Below are positions 12,689 to 25,374 of a DNA stretch of 42,723 nucleotides, piece by piece (within the stretch, counting starts at the first letter, position 1; every line of letters begins with the position of its first letter). The stretch comes from Phoronis australis (Eukaryota; Animalia; Phoronida). A program made the translations under genes and the position numbers. The notes below the pieces were generated by a model. It was not told where the DNA came from. It saw only the letters and a list, made by a program, of their open reading frames with translations, and did no database searches. The DNA is taken from assembly GCA_002633005.1 (NCBI GenBank), contig NMRA01000667.1, forward strand, positions 156,980 through 199,702, read 5' to 3'.

Positions 12689-12848
12689 CTACGCTACACT
12701 ACACTACGCTACGCTACGCTACGCTACGCTACGCTACGCTACGCTACGCTACGCTACGCTACGCTACGCTACGCTACGCTACGCTACGCTACGCAACGCT
12801 ACGCTAAGCTACGCTACACTACACTACACTACACTACACTACACTACA
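12689..12848. repeat. Pentanucleotide microsatellite (CTACG)n with (CTACA)n edges
   Basis: About 32 tandem 5-bp units seen directly. Confidence 0.97.
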
Positions 12849-12984
12849 GAAGTCCTGTTGTACTGTGCTTGTGATAGAGACAAAACCGTCTTTGTGTCAA
12901 CTACAAAAACTAGGACTCAAATGTCGATCCACGGATATTTTAATGGCCGCTCCCCGCATCATTGGCGCATAGAACTAACTTTTC

Positions 12985-14796
12985 ATTCACATAAATAATT
13001 ACGTGCACATTATTTCTTTGTTTCACTATTATAGTCTTTTCGTGACTGGAGGTTTAGTTTCCAACTCAAGATGGTTTATGTTCGTACCAGTCCCGGCGGC
13101 CGCGACGGGCCTGACCGGATTCCGAGCCTCTGGTCGGGATAACGAGTCAGTCCGGCCGCGACGGACCTGATCGGGTTTCGAGCCACTGGCCGGGATAAGA
13201 AGCGTTTTGGGTGTTTAGAACTAAAAAAAATCACAAGTATAAACAACACAGATGTAGGTTCTCCTGTCTGTATTTCACGGAAGAATACTTTTATCTCCGA
13301 ACAGACCCCAAACTCCTGCTACGGACCTTGGTAAATTGGCTTCATGCCCATTACCAGCAATATTGAAACCGTGAACTGCGCATGCGCGAAAATCACTCAG
13401 TTAGCCCCCTTCAGGATACATGGGATTCGCAAAAAACACAGCGTGAGGGTTTTATTTATGAATCAATCACATTTGCCGATAGCACATGACATAGATAAGT
13501 ATTTTGTTAAAAACGCGGCCAAGTTTCAGAAAAATTGGAAAAAAAATTATGTTTAACATGGTATGGCCAAAGTTTTGGCTTATTTTGTCGCTTCGATCAG
13601 TGGAATCGCCGCTACAAACCCGAAAGTGCATGTGAGAAAACGATAATTTTCGACGAAGCCTTTTATGTGCGGTTAGTTGCCGATAGACCCAACAGATGTC
13701 AGTATAATCAAGATTGAAATGTAGGAGTTTGAAGAAAATTAGACAAAATTTTGTATGTAACATGGGGTGGCCGAAAATTGCCAATTTTGGCCTTTTGATA
13801 TCAGTTTACCATCATAGACTATCAGTCATTAGTTGGTCTAGTTAATTCGAAGTTTTTGGTTAAATCACTGATAATATTCACACCAGTATACTAATAAACG
13901 TTTTCTCTATATATAACAGTTTGATTCAACTGCTCAAAGTAGTGCGTACAACAGGGATTGGCCCTTGACCGGCCCGGCTCATAGTATGGGAGCTAATCAG
14001 CTCTAAACCAAAGTAGCTATGTGCGGAAAATTTTAGTCACCTGAGGTGTTTACGGTCCACTTCAGAAAAAATACCTCTTTGTACCTAACAATAATTTGCT
14101 TCCGAGTACTTCGGGCATGGTTGAATTTATGAGAATTGTATTGTTGCCTTGCGAACTGAAAACTAGTCGATTGAGGAAGTGCGAGATAAGGCAACGAGTA
14201 AGGACAGCTTTGATTTGCTTACGAGTGGTGACTCATGACATTGGCTAGACATCTGTAATAATATGTTTTGTCTTTCCTTTTTAACGGAATATATTTGAAC
14301 TTTGGTAATTTTGGGCTACAAAATGTAGGACAACCTTCCTGGTGCTTCTCTCCAGTAGACACGCGGAGAGTGAAGCGCTAACTGGTCCATAAGCGATGAC
14401 CTAGTTTACGCAGAGAACCTGGCGGATGACCTAGTTTACGAATTGCTGGTAATGCGAACTTTGTAGGCTACGGTGTGTCCAAATACCAATAAGTCCGTAA
14501 CAGCGAAATAAAACAACACGTTTTATAAGAACTCGGTGTATTTTTAAGGGTTTTACTTTGAAGTTTGATGATTTACTGGTGTTAAACGATGAATTCAAGC
14601 GATAAGCTGACACCACTACACCGTGTTGTTAACTACTGAACAGACTGCGTGTGAAACCAATTACGTCATTGGATAAATTCAACACCTCCGTCTGCCGTCA
14701 GGTGTCATGTAACGCAACCGAACCTGCCGTTATCGAGTAGAACTACTCGATCTAAATTGATACAAAATAGGTTGTTTTTCTGGGTGGCATTTTCCT
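12985..14796 (-). mobile_element. Inverted copy of family B terminus, interrupted by a ~1.1-kb insertion (13342-14454)
   Basis: 12985-13341 and 14455-14796 are the reverse complement of 688-1401; the copy ends GGGTGGCATTTTCCT-TTAA (14797-14800). Confidence 0.75.
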
Positions 14797-15339
14797 TTAA
14801 TGAGAGACACCAGCACAAAATTTATCAGCCTTTGGAACTGTCGGAGTACACTTGCAAACTCTAAGACATGGATCGTCAGCGTCTTCTGGTTCTTATAAGG
14901 ATGCATGGAAAAGTCTCACACCAGAAGTACCATCGTAATAAGCGTGGAGCGAATGAAAAGAGAAGAATTGTCACACCCTATTTTGGGCTTACATAGCTGA
15001 TGATTAATCAGCACAGCAATTCGTCAGTTAATACTACGACTAGTCAATTAAATTAAGTTGTAAGAAAATTAAAACATTGATTAATGCAGTTCTACCTCAT
15101 CCTGAACTTTCAACGACCTCAAACAAAGTTTGAACGTTATAGTGAGAAATACAATGATTAATTGGGCTCATGTTATTTATCACGTTGTTGGCTGGTTCCC
15201 GGTCTAAACACTGGATAGCGTGGAATGTACATGTATAACACAAATAGTGTGGAACAGTCTGGACATTTTGAGACAAATATTTATAAATGGGTATGACTGG
15301 CCAACTACTTGCGTGCTTATTCATTGAAACGAGTGAATG

Positions 15340-15763
15340 TCGGAATTTTCTGTAGATAAACCCATTGGTGTGTATTGGGAAATGAAAAATTTCAAACGTT
15401 TTAGTACCACCTAATAAACGCCCGGGCGTTTATTCGGAAAGGGGGGCGCGTAAACAGAAAATCCTAGTTTCCTGACTTTGACATTTTTACTTTAAGATGT
15501 GTTTTTAAATTTTCTGTTAATAAATGCACAATTCGCCAGCCCTTTGTTCATTTTTGTAACTGATAAATGCTCCACAAAACTGAATTTGTGACCAAAACTT
15601 GACGCTTAATGGGCTTTTAAGAGAAAATTTTCCGAATAAACGGACACGTGATACCAGAAGTTGTAACACCAAATAAAAGCCCATGGGCGTTTATTCGACA
15701 TGATTTTCCTAATAAACGCCCGTGGGCGTTTCATCGAGTGGGCTTATCTACGGAAAACCTCGG
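15340..15763. mobile_element. ~425-bp MITE, probably Tc1/mariner-pogo type
   Basis: Imperfect TIRs TCGGAATTTTCTGTAGATAAACCCA / TGGGCTTATCTACGGAAAACCTCGG followed by TA; internal AATAAACGCCC/GGGCGTTTATT palindromic motifs. Confidence 0.6.
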
Positions 15764-18501
15764 TATTTAAAGGCGATGACGCTCGTCATGGTCCGGTCGC
15801 CTTTGCCTCTCGGTTCTGGTCTATGCTAATATATGAAACATTTGTTTTTGACTTTTGAACAAAATGTCGACCTCGTTATACTGATAAGGTGCAAATTCAG
15901 ATTTTGTATACGTGAAATCGTGCATGAACATATACACAAAACGTACCGAGCGTGACGTACATGAAATAATATCCCACGAGACATTATTCCGCGTATCGAC
16001 CGAGACTGTTGAAGTAACGCGGGAGGTGAATACGGAAAGCAATATAACATGGCCGTATTTCCTTCGACAGATTCAACGCGTATGGGATAAATGTTTGTAT
16101 AGAAAGTTAAGTAAAAACAAGAACGATGTGCTTCATATTACAACGATTCGATATTCCTCAATATCATCATCAGGTACACATATGTAGTAACATATGTACA
16201 AAGGCGAGACAAATCCGTAATCCATTACTTCACGTCACGGTACATAATACAGTACTAAACATTCAACCTCTCCTACCACAGCTCTAGTTTGCTTGACCGA
16301 ATGTTCCGGTTCACGTGACCTCTCAGTGCTGTATGAGGAATGTCTCACGGGTTAACAACCTGGCAGAGTTATTGTTAATCCATGAGACACTCCATGAAGC
16401 AAAAATTGCCACTACAACTCCACCTCATAACCAAAATTGATGAAAAATGATAGTTCTTAAAATAATGAGAAGTTACATGTTATCTTCAAATTTCTGGCCA
16501 ATCGGACAACAGATGAGGCCTGCATCATCCGAATAAAAGAACAGGTCTAGAACCCATGCCGTACCATCAAACGTTTCCCGCAAGCCAGACTCACGGAATC
16601 CAAGTCACCAGAAAATCTCAAATAATTCGAGAACTGTGAGATGTATCGAGGAACTTGTGCCGCATTCAGAATTTCTGAAAACTACTTCAAAAGGCTGCGG
16701 AGCTATGATTCCACGAATGAGAAATTTTAAGAATGACCGCCATAGCGCCATCTTAGGTCCAATTTCAAATAAAAACATTGGGCCTTGAGATACTGAATAA
16801 ACACATGTTGTGTTCAAGTTTGTCGATCTGCTACATGCGGTTTCCATCAGAGTAGAATAGACAAGAAAGCTAGGAATGATCACTAAATACAAAGGAGCAG
16901 TCATCAGAAAATCACGACAGTTTGATGTGCGAATAAACATGTTTTAGGCTCAGTCGAGCTCCTGCTAAACCAAAACATATTTACGAAAATGGAAGTGAAG
17001 AATTAATGACAGCGGTTACATATTATGAATATAAATATATTTTTGGCAGCCGCCTTGGATTCTAATTTGGATGCAGATAATTCTTTTTCTTTCATGACAC
17101 ATCTAGAATCCCTCAATTACAATACAACACTATCATCAAGTTCCTAACGTTGCATGTTTTTACCTCCCGCTGGTAAGTTGCTCCATCATAGTGGTGGCCA
17201 TGCTTGAATCCAAGAGGGCTGCCATACTACGGTAGGGGTCATATCACGTGTCAACTGGGATTTTTGGAAAGAGTACGAAGAATAGCATTAGGATCAATAT
17301 ATGAATTTAGTTAATTATATTTTGTTTGGATTCGTTCAAAGAAAGAACTCAAGAGACACCGTGATGTCCCACAATGCATCGAATTGCCTGGAACACTTAA
17401 GGATATCTCAAACTTTATTCACAAACATTGGTCTTTATTACAATATTTCACGTGTGTCCAGCAAAATACCTTATCTTCATTCTCCCGACCCGATTTCTGT
17501 ATCCATTTTGTACTTGGTTTTCATATTAGTCTCCCAGCGCATGATGTGTCTAACAATGAGTTGTTGACCTACTTTAAAGTGGACCACAATGCATCACCTT
17601 GACCCATTTGATATGCTGACTTCGCCCGTGACCTAGTTGGAGTCTGTACATTGGAGATCGATTTGGTTTAGATTAAACGTTTTTGTCATTATTGAGTTAA
17701 TTATGCACTTCAAATTCAGATAACATTGGGCGTGAATGTTGAAATAATGAACGTGGCTCAGAAGTGTATAGGTTATATTGACTGAAAACAAGTTTTCACC
17801 GAATAATTAACCAAAGACCTTGAGACTTTCACCTCTCAAGACTTAATCGGCTTTTTCTCGGCTTCGACAAATCGACTTAATTTGAACTTAGGAACAAAAA
17901 CGGCTCTTTGGACTTCCCTAAAACTTTTCAAACTCAATATTTATTCATCAATCTAAAAATATTGTTACAATTTTTATATAAAGGCCTAGTTTTTGCGTAA
18001 TGTAATAAAGACGATTGCGAGTTGATTTGTCATAGAAAACAAACGAAGAGACTGATTGAAAATTTCTAACAGCGTTTTCGAGATAGCTGGTGAATTTTTC
18101 GTTTAAATGTTTCATTAAAATCGACCGAGGGGTTATTTTGCTATGAATGTACCTTTCTTTAAAATGAAATTTTGACTTAAAAAGGTGTTAAAGTCCTTAT
18201 CTTAAAATGCCAATATGTATCCAGTATCCGAAAATACTTAATAAATAAAATCTTATTTTCGATACCCTTTCGTTATATTCTTTTCACCTTTCGTGCCACA
18301 AGAGTTTTTTACCTGTATTTGACCCTTCTCCGTGAGCATATAACGACCGGCTGTCATCGGTTATTTCCGTACCCACATTTCCGGCTCGTCAGCTCAGGAA
18401 CTTGTCCTGAACGCCGCCATTTTGTCCTTGTAACTGAACGTGCTATCGCTTGCTTGAAAAGTCTTCATTATTTTGTTTTATTAGTAATATCCCATGCGAG
18501 G

Positions 18502-18908
18502 ACGGGTAGCGCTGCGTTATTCACATGAACGAGCTAGCCAAGTACGGCGAAGTGTGTCATCCTTCGGAAAGAGATGCAAGGTACCCAAAGCGCGTGTGAG
18601 ATGATAATGAGTACATCCTGGCACGCAGCAACAGCGTGGCATGTTGACTCACTCGTAAGCAAAAGCAAACGACGACCGAACTTATAACAACCGAGGTAGA
18701 ACAATGACTGACTCGACTGCTCTCATAGTCAGACTACATGAAAAGAAATTGGCGCGAAATTATTGCCTCCCAAAACGTCACTTCCGGAGTAGACGGCGAG
18801 TAACTAATTAAATTACGAAAAGCTGTAAATAAGTGAAAAAATGTTTCTGGGATAATCAACGAACCTTATTTTTGCTAAAAATGACATGAAAAAAGGTTGT
18901 CTTCGCCT
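18502..18908 (-). mobile_element. THAP-end fragment of Kolobok family C
   Basis: Collinear with 34441-34845; carries a decayed MPRCCCVPGCT.. THAP start on the minus strand; ends GTCTTCGCCT-TTAA (18909-18912). Confidence 0.88.
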
Positions 18909-19257
18909 TTAAAGACATTTGGGTCTGCCCTGGCAACATCACGTAACTGCATAAATTAAAGCCGGTTAAAGCAATATATATTAACAACAATGCATTGCGT
19001 ACATTATGTTGAGAAAGTCACTATTTTGAATACATCTATAGTAAATGATACAGTCGCTAGAGGCGCTTTTTTAACTGAGCTACGGGACTAATGCGTTGCA
19101 TCATTTACATCCGAATAATCCGATGCTATCAATGTTAGATTCTCTGGTAGTTACACTAGATGAAAACGATGCCGTCGCTGGATGTGCTGTTACAACTGAG
19201 TAACGGCATTGTCACCTGTTCTGAAATCAGTGGTCAGTATCGAAGATTTAATGCATC

Positions 19258-19346
19258 CTGGATGTATGATATGTCCGTTTGCATAGGATGCATCGAATGT
19301 ATATTTCCGTTTGCATAGGATGCATCATATGTATGATATTTTCCGT
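19258..19346. repeat. Short tandem repeat (~33-bp unit, TCCGTTTGCATAGGATGCATC core)
   Basis: Two to three imperfect units seen directly. Confidence 0.7.
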
Positions 19347-19518
19347 ATCCCGCGCCTAGATGCAGGGAGTTTTTAATGGAATATTGATTTTATCTTTCAA
19401 GATTGACGCCAATGACGCATTAGCAGGTGAGAGAACAAGGACTGGGTGAAAACATCAAGATAGGGTTTAGTACACTATATTAACATTATATAGTAAACAT
19501 TAAGTGATGAGTTATTAA

Positions 19519-20480
19519 ACAGTACACACCATGGATTTTTGCACATTTCGAATTACCGGTGGCCACAGGCTAAATGTATGACGTAAAATTTGGCTAAATC
19601 CATGATTATTTTGTGTCATTAGCTCGAAATTTTGCTTTCTCTTTCAATTTTGCCAATTTTCACGTTTTCCGCCATGTGACATCATGGGTTGAACACAAGA
19701 GATCAGCGACTAGCATTGAACAACGACGGAGAGTAGGGGATTTGAAAGCGACAACGATTATGAGCAAGAAATGAACAAATTATAATGAAGAAAAGTACGA
19801 GAATGGTGGCCAGGATGACGAAATGGGGTTACACGAAAGCGAGAACGAGTTTGATATGTTTTCAGCTGCGTACTTTTCTACTTTGAGGCCTTATGAACTG
19901 GATCCTCCCGCGAGAGCAGCGGCCTCGGGCTCGGCCAGTCAACCCAGTCATCCAACAGACAATTCTGAATAAAGAGCCGATGTTTCTGAATAGTAAATAT
20001 TGTCCTTTATTGAACCAGGCCTTCATCGTAACATCTCCTCTGACTGGAGTCGAAAAACGACTCCTCAAAGTGGGCAGAACACAGAGTGGACCCGGACGGA
20101 ATCACTTAGTCCACGCTGAGGTACCAACTCGTTCGGCACACGAAGCGATGCCACTACTGCGCAACTTTGGCGTCCTTCGGAACACCGAGACGTTCTCTGT
20201 CTGACTGCTGTTGCTGCAGCCTCCGAAAACACATCTTTTCATCCCTTTACGAACCTTCTCGACGCTAAATGTACTTTACTTTCACTTCACTCTATACACT
20301 TAGTTGCTGATCCGAACAGTGTGCCGAACGACTTGGGTTCAACCCATGACGTTGTACATAATTATTATTTTTTTCAAATTTTACGCGTTTCTATATGAGC
20401 TGTGCACTAAAGGCACTGAAATCAAGTGAGATATAATAATAAAATTTATTTTGAGGCACTAGAGTCATGTTGCGTACACT
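19519..20480. mobile_element. Internally deleted Kolobok-like element, family D (THAP relic on minus strand, KolX-like N-terminus on plus strand)
   Basis: TTAA at 19515-18 and 20481-84; imperfect TIRs ACAGTACACACCATG / CATGTTGCGTACACT and subterminal CATGGGTTGAAC / GTTCAACCCATG. Minus strand from ATG at 20242: MKRCVFGGCSNSSQTENVSV/FPKDAKVAQ*WHRFV...STLCSAHFEES. Plus strand at about 19790-19970: an acidic stretch then LRPYELDP. Confidence 0.72.
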
Positions 20481-20637
20481 TTAAAATAGTTGTGGTGTTC
20501 TGGGTTCTCATTCAAGCCATCTCGGGAAAGGGACTCGGGGCTTCTGAATGGCAACTAAAGCCAGAATTGAGCACCCAAAAAAGCTTTTGAGCAGTCCCAG
20601 TCGATGTGGCACATGCCCCTGTCGCTATCCCGTCACT

Positions 20638-20816
20638 AACTGACCTATCGCCAGGATTTTGAATGGCAAGTTAACTGACCAATCAGAACGCAACGTTCTT
20701 GACACACCTTTGTTTCCAAGCCGCCATTTTACCTGACAAACAACACGTTGTCAGGTAAAACTTGTTGTTTGTTTGTCGACTTTTTGCAATGTGGCAGAGA
20801 TTGCGATAGGTTAATT
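20638..20816 (+). mobile_element. ~180-bp MITE (ISL2EU-like), second copy
   Basis: AACTGACCTATCGC...TGCGATAGGTTAATT; collinear with 4799-4977. Confidence 0.8.
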
Positions 20817-20883
20817 CCGGGGGTGCATCACAAAGGACAAGGCTGACATGCTCCCGCCGAGTCGGAGCAATTACAAATTGTCA

Positions 20884-21060
20884 GAGACTGACCGTGGGTT
20901 TCTTTAAATGTATCTGTGCTTTGAAATTGTGCGTAGATGGAAAGAGAATGGTTAAAACCAGTAATTAGTTTATTATATGATAACCACTAATTAGACAAGT
21001 GAATCCTGTTGTTAATTAAGTAATCAACTACAAAGAAGAGTAACTACGCTAGCGCCATCT
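20884..21060 (-). mobile_element. Inverted terminal fragment of family A
   Basis: Reverse complement of 195-373; ends CGCTAGCGCCATCT-TTAA. Confidence 0.6.
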
Positions 21061-21166
21061 TTAATTAAGATTACTTCAATCAATTAAATTAATCAAACGT
21101 GCTATCCAAGCTGTAGGACTCTCCACTTGTTGGATGACAGTCCTGTTGGTGAATTGCGACAATGTA

Positions 21167-21288
21167 CTTGCTGGTCACAGTCTCTGGTGACGTAACACTT
21201 GCAGGCAGTTTCTTCTACCCACGATTATTCTTGCTGGTCACAGTCTCTGGTGACGCAACACTTCAGGCAGTATCTTACTACCCACGAT
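21167..21288. repeat. Tandem duplication, period ~63 bp
   Basis: CTTGCTGGTCACAGTCTCTGGTGACG... occurs at 21167 and 21230. Confidence 0.9.
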
Positions 21289-21449
21289 GCAAGTGACAAG
21301 CTCTTAGTTAACTTCCTGTTCGTTAACCCTTGCCCTTGCCAAGATCCTCTCTAGAATCTTCCACGAGATGGCTCTGTTGCACAATTTCTTCTGTACACTG
21401 TAGCAAGTCTTTTAGCTTCAACTACTATAGCTCATCTGAATATCCTCTT

Positions 21450-23504
21450 AACTGACCTATCGCCAGGATTATGAGGGACGGCTTAACTGACCAATCAGAA
21501 CAAAGCATTCTTGGCACACCTTCGTCTGCGTTTCCAAGCCGCCATTATACCCGACAAACCACACGTAGTCGAGTAAAACTTACTTTAGTCTATAGCTCAA
21601 GAAATTGTCCGCTAAGAATGGGGAAACGGTGTTGATATGGCGTGTGTAGCACCGACAGCCGTTATGCTGCTCCAGAATAATATCCCGTCATTTTTTGGCA
21701 TGTCCTAAGCCGAAAATGATGTTGAAAAGCGTAAACTATGGATCAAACTGTACGGCCACACGAGCAGCTGAACTTAGCGATGTTGCTTGATAACTCGAAG
21801 GCTATAATAAACACAAATATATTAGTTCCAAGATAAGCACTTTTCAGCTTGGTGACTATATGGTGAAGGGCTATCTCAGATTGTGACTCCCGAGTTTCCT
21901 ACGTCTGGCCGCCTTTTGGATACCAGCACTCTAGCGGTATAGTCCCCGGAAATTGTTGTTTTCAAGGACATTTTTATTTTATTTTTTTTTATTTATTTCA
22001 ACCTAACAGAGGTACGTTTTTGTTATTCATAAACCCGTAGGCTGGCGTTCAGCTGAACTTCTCTCCCTGTCAAAATTCAGAGATTCGATCGGCACAGGGA
22101 GGGTCACTGGATTACTGCCGGTAACTCAAAGCCTTGGTCGAGCTGTTGTCACTAAACATAAACTGTTGAATTACTTTTTGACGTGTACCTCTAGTATACA
22201 CTATGTCTGTAGAGTTAGACAGAGCTCATTTTGAAGTTGTTCAGACATGATATTTAGATTTATGAAGCTTTAAAAAAGAATTTGAGTTATTTCTGTAAAT
22301 ACCCTATTTTTGTAACTACCACACCAGACTTGTAATCTTTCAAGTTGTAACCATACCACGACTTAGTAATTATGCTACCTTCAAAATTAAATGAAAGCTA
22401 CCTTTATGGAATGAAACTACAAAAAAATGCCAAGTTCGTAAGAAGGTAGGCCTAATTTAAATGTCTTAATGGTGCAAACGGACAATTCCATAGGCGGATT
22501 TAGAGGGTGGGGGCAGGGGCCCCAGCCCCCCGCAAGCAAAATGAAACAGCAAGAGCGTGAAGCGTGAGGAAATATTGAGTTCAGTAACTAGGACCGGTAG
22601 CGGAAGAGGGGGGCTCACACCCCAGATCGCGGCGGAATCGTGTTCCTGTTTTTTTTTAGTCCACCGATAGATTTTCTGAACAGAAGGTCCAAAGGTCTGC
22701 ATCCCAGGCCCCTGCAACTTTCGGGCCGCCTATGTACATACAATTGCACTTTGCCCAATTCCACGAGGACCCCCCTTGTGGTATCCTAGATCCGCCACTG
22801 AGTTCCATACATTAACTTGACTGACTTAGACACAGCCCTAGACCTACCCCGCCGGAGCTAACTGTTTGCCTAGGACGAGATGAATGTGTACATGAGATAT
22901 GAACCTGAATTTTTTTGATCAAAATATTTCGTTACAAGATTAGAAAAGCGTAAACAGTGCTGTCGAGTCGACCTAGTCAGAGACTATAGTGCATGTGTTG
23001 TCTGTAATTTATGACCTACTTTACTCCGGGAGTCCCACCAGTTGTGACCTACTTTTTACTTGGCGAAATTTAGCAGACGACAGAGTAAAAATATCGGTGA
23101 ATCTTTACTGATTTTATTAGAAAGATCATGAAATCTATGGAATCGTACAGATAATTCGACTTTAAGGTACATACCCAGCTTTACATGAACATATCGTATC
23201 AGTGGCCTTGTCATTTGCTAGGTCAAGGTGGCCCCGAGGCAGAGGGGTACTTCGGATTTTCGCTGGCTCCTCGAGCCATTTTTTCATCGTCACCTTTACA
23301 AATTCCAATATCATGAACGTACGATTCTCTGTTGAAAAGCATCGCCTCTTGTCTCTGTCGAAGCGTTTTCAAATAGTGCAAAAACACTCATCGATTCCAC
23401 CAGGAACGTCGTTTAGCGACAGTGTATTTGCCTCTGACATCTCGTTCGAACGTCGGGTATCACGTGACTTTTCGCATAGGGGCGGAGCTTGCGATAGGTC
23501 AATT
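21450..23504. mobile_element. Decayed, internally deleted ISL2EU-like DNA transposon (THAP relic on plus strand, SWIM-type relic on minus strand)
   Basis: Left end 21450-21581 and right end 23466-23504 match the two halves of the 180-bp MITE. Plus strand from ATG 21618: MGKRC*YGVCSTDSRY...KLWIKLYG..EQLN..YISSK. Minus strand at about 23440-23175: ESYVHDI...TICSCKAG followed by a GTATGT donor. Confidence 0.7.
22489..22800. mobile_element. GC-rich CA..TG MITE nested in the ISL2EU-like element
   Basis: CATAGGCGGATTTAGAGGG... / ...CCTAGATCCGCCACTG; flanks AATTC / AGTTC. Confidence 0.5.
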
Positions 23505-25293
23505 TTAGCCCAACTTATAACAATCTACTTATTTAGCGATTGGCTAATAAAATACACATTATCATATCCAATCATATCATTGGGTGTTACGATTTGCTAC
23601 AAGAAATTTCTAGAATCTCTAGAGTGCTTTGACCCCAGAACCCAAAGTTGTAAACACCATCTAAAAATAGAATTGACGTTAAAATACATGTCAACAAGTT
23701 TGACCCCATGATTTGAAAGTACATATGCACAAATTTTAGGCTGCGTAAATTGGATCTATTCTTACTCAACTTAATCAATATTTATTCTGACACAAATAAA
23801 TTTTGTAGAGATAAACATCTCAATAAACCTTTTTGCAGGAGTGCGTCTGAAATGATTTGGTGAGTTCTTCGAGGATGTTCTAACCATGATGGGAAGTAAT
23901 TTTAAGAAATTCTTCTACGACAATCTTCTTACCTCGTGTGTGAATTAATTCTTTTGCGGAAGCGAAATGAAGGAGGCCCATATTCTCTCCTACTCAAGTC
24001 ATGTTCCAAACCACCCGGTCAGGATAGGCCACGTCGACTACATTCTGCGTAAAGCGCTTGGAAACTGTTATATGCATCACCGTTCTGTGTGTATTTCCTT
24101 GTGTAATGTCCTATTAGGCCGGTGGCCGTGTATGTACAAATTTACTTTTAGAGAGAAGGCAAATTGAACTTTAAAACCACACCCTTTCAAGATTCGTGGG
24201 GACCTACGTGTTGGCTCAGCTTTTAAAATTCTCCTTTTCACATCATAACGGGTCGGCTTAACATGATGTTTTCGTAGGGTTTTAAACTTTCCAAAATGCA
24301 TATTTATCGACTGAATACACTGCCATTTTGTACTTTGGCATATTATTTTCATGCGACATTGATCTGATAAGTGCGCCATGGGTGTAGGAAATAGGAAAAA
24401 CATTTCACAGGTAAAGCTCCAACCCCCCGTGTGAACGTGGGCTTGATATACTTTTTAAGGAAATATAGTAGCCACTTGATGAAAAGTCACTAGCGCACGT
24501 CCTGCATTATGATCCACAATATCCCCAGGGTTTGAAAAGCACCCACTGTCGGTAATTTAGAAGACTAACATATCAGTTCATTACCGATCACGATTTTCGA
24601 CACCTTAAGAAAGTGTTAACAAGCTGACTGAAATTACGCGGTTGCTACACGGAAAGACTAAACGATTTCAATAGTATACTACATACGTGAGCACCCGGCA
24701 CGCCCTCTTGCCCGAGCCGACACTTGCTGAAGTCCATCACCAACGTATTAGCATAGGGAAATTCACTTGAACGGGAGCAAAAACCAAGGTTGATTGACAC
24801 TAGTTTCGCTGCGCCCATCCCTTCCGTCATTCCCATGCAGGTTCGCCGACCCCCAGGTTACATGTACGTGTTCTTGTCCACGAAAATTTCAAACCATCCG
24901 CCTGCTGCGAGTCTTGGACTATGTCTTCGAGATGGACCCGCCACGCTGAGGAAATTGACTTCAGCCCTACAGAGCGATTTTCAATAAGTTATTTGATATT
25001 TTATTGACTGTTTTAGTTCCCCTCACCGATTTCATACCCTTTGCCAAGCCAGTGTTAGCTATATGCTAAGGCCCGTCTTATTGGGGCCACACCGCACCCT
25101 GTGCCACGACCCTGGACGTGAACTTAGATTGGTGTCGCCAATTTCCTAATTCATTCTGGTGTTATAATGTTTTCGTAAGACAGAATGTAAAGTAAGTGAC
25201 GGTATGCCAATTTTCTGAGAATGTACTGTTGGAATAAGTTCGTCATCGGATTAACTTGGATCCAGCTAGAACCACTCCCAGCTTGGATCGTAG

Positions 25294-25294
<1 letters not shown>

Positions 25295-25371
<77 letters not shown>
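25295..25371. repeat. (CA)n microsatellite
   Basis: About 38 perfect CA units. Confidence 0.98.

Positions 25372-25374
<3 letters not shown>

Noticed and set aside
195-21060. One large nested palindrome around the first GPCR
   Set aside because: The three inverted pairs cross (688/14796 vs 4351/18908) and the intervening DNA is not self-complementary.
23202-23711. 169-aa plus-strand ORF
   Set aside because: GTG start, no motif, and antisense to the SWIM relic.
25151-25369. CVCVCV ORF
   Set aside because: Translation of the (CA)n microsatellite.
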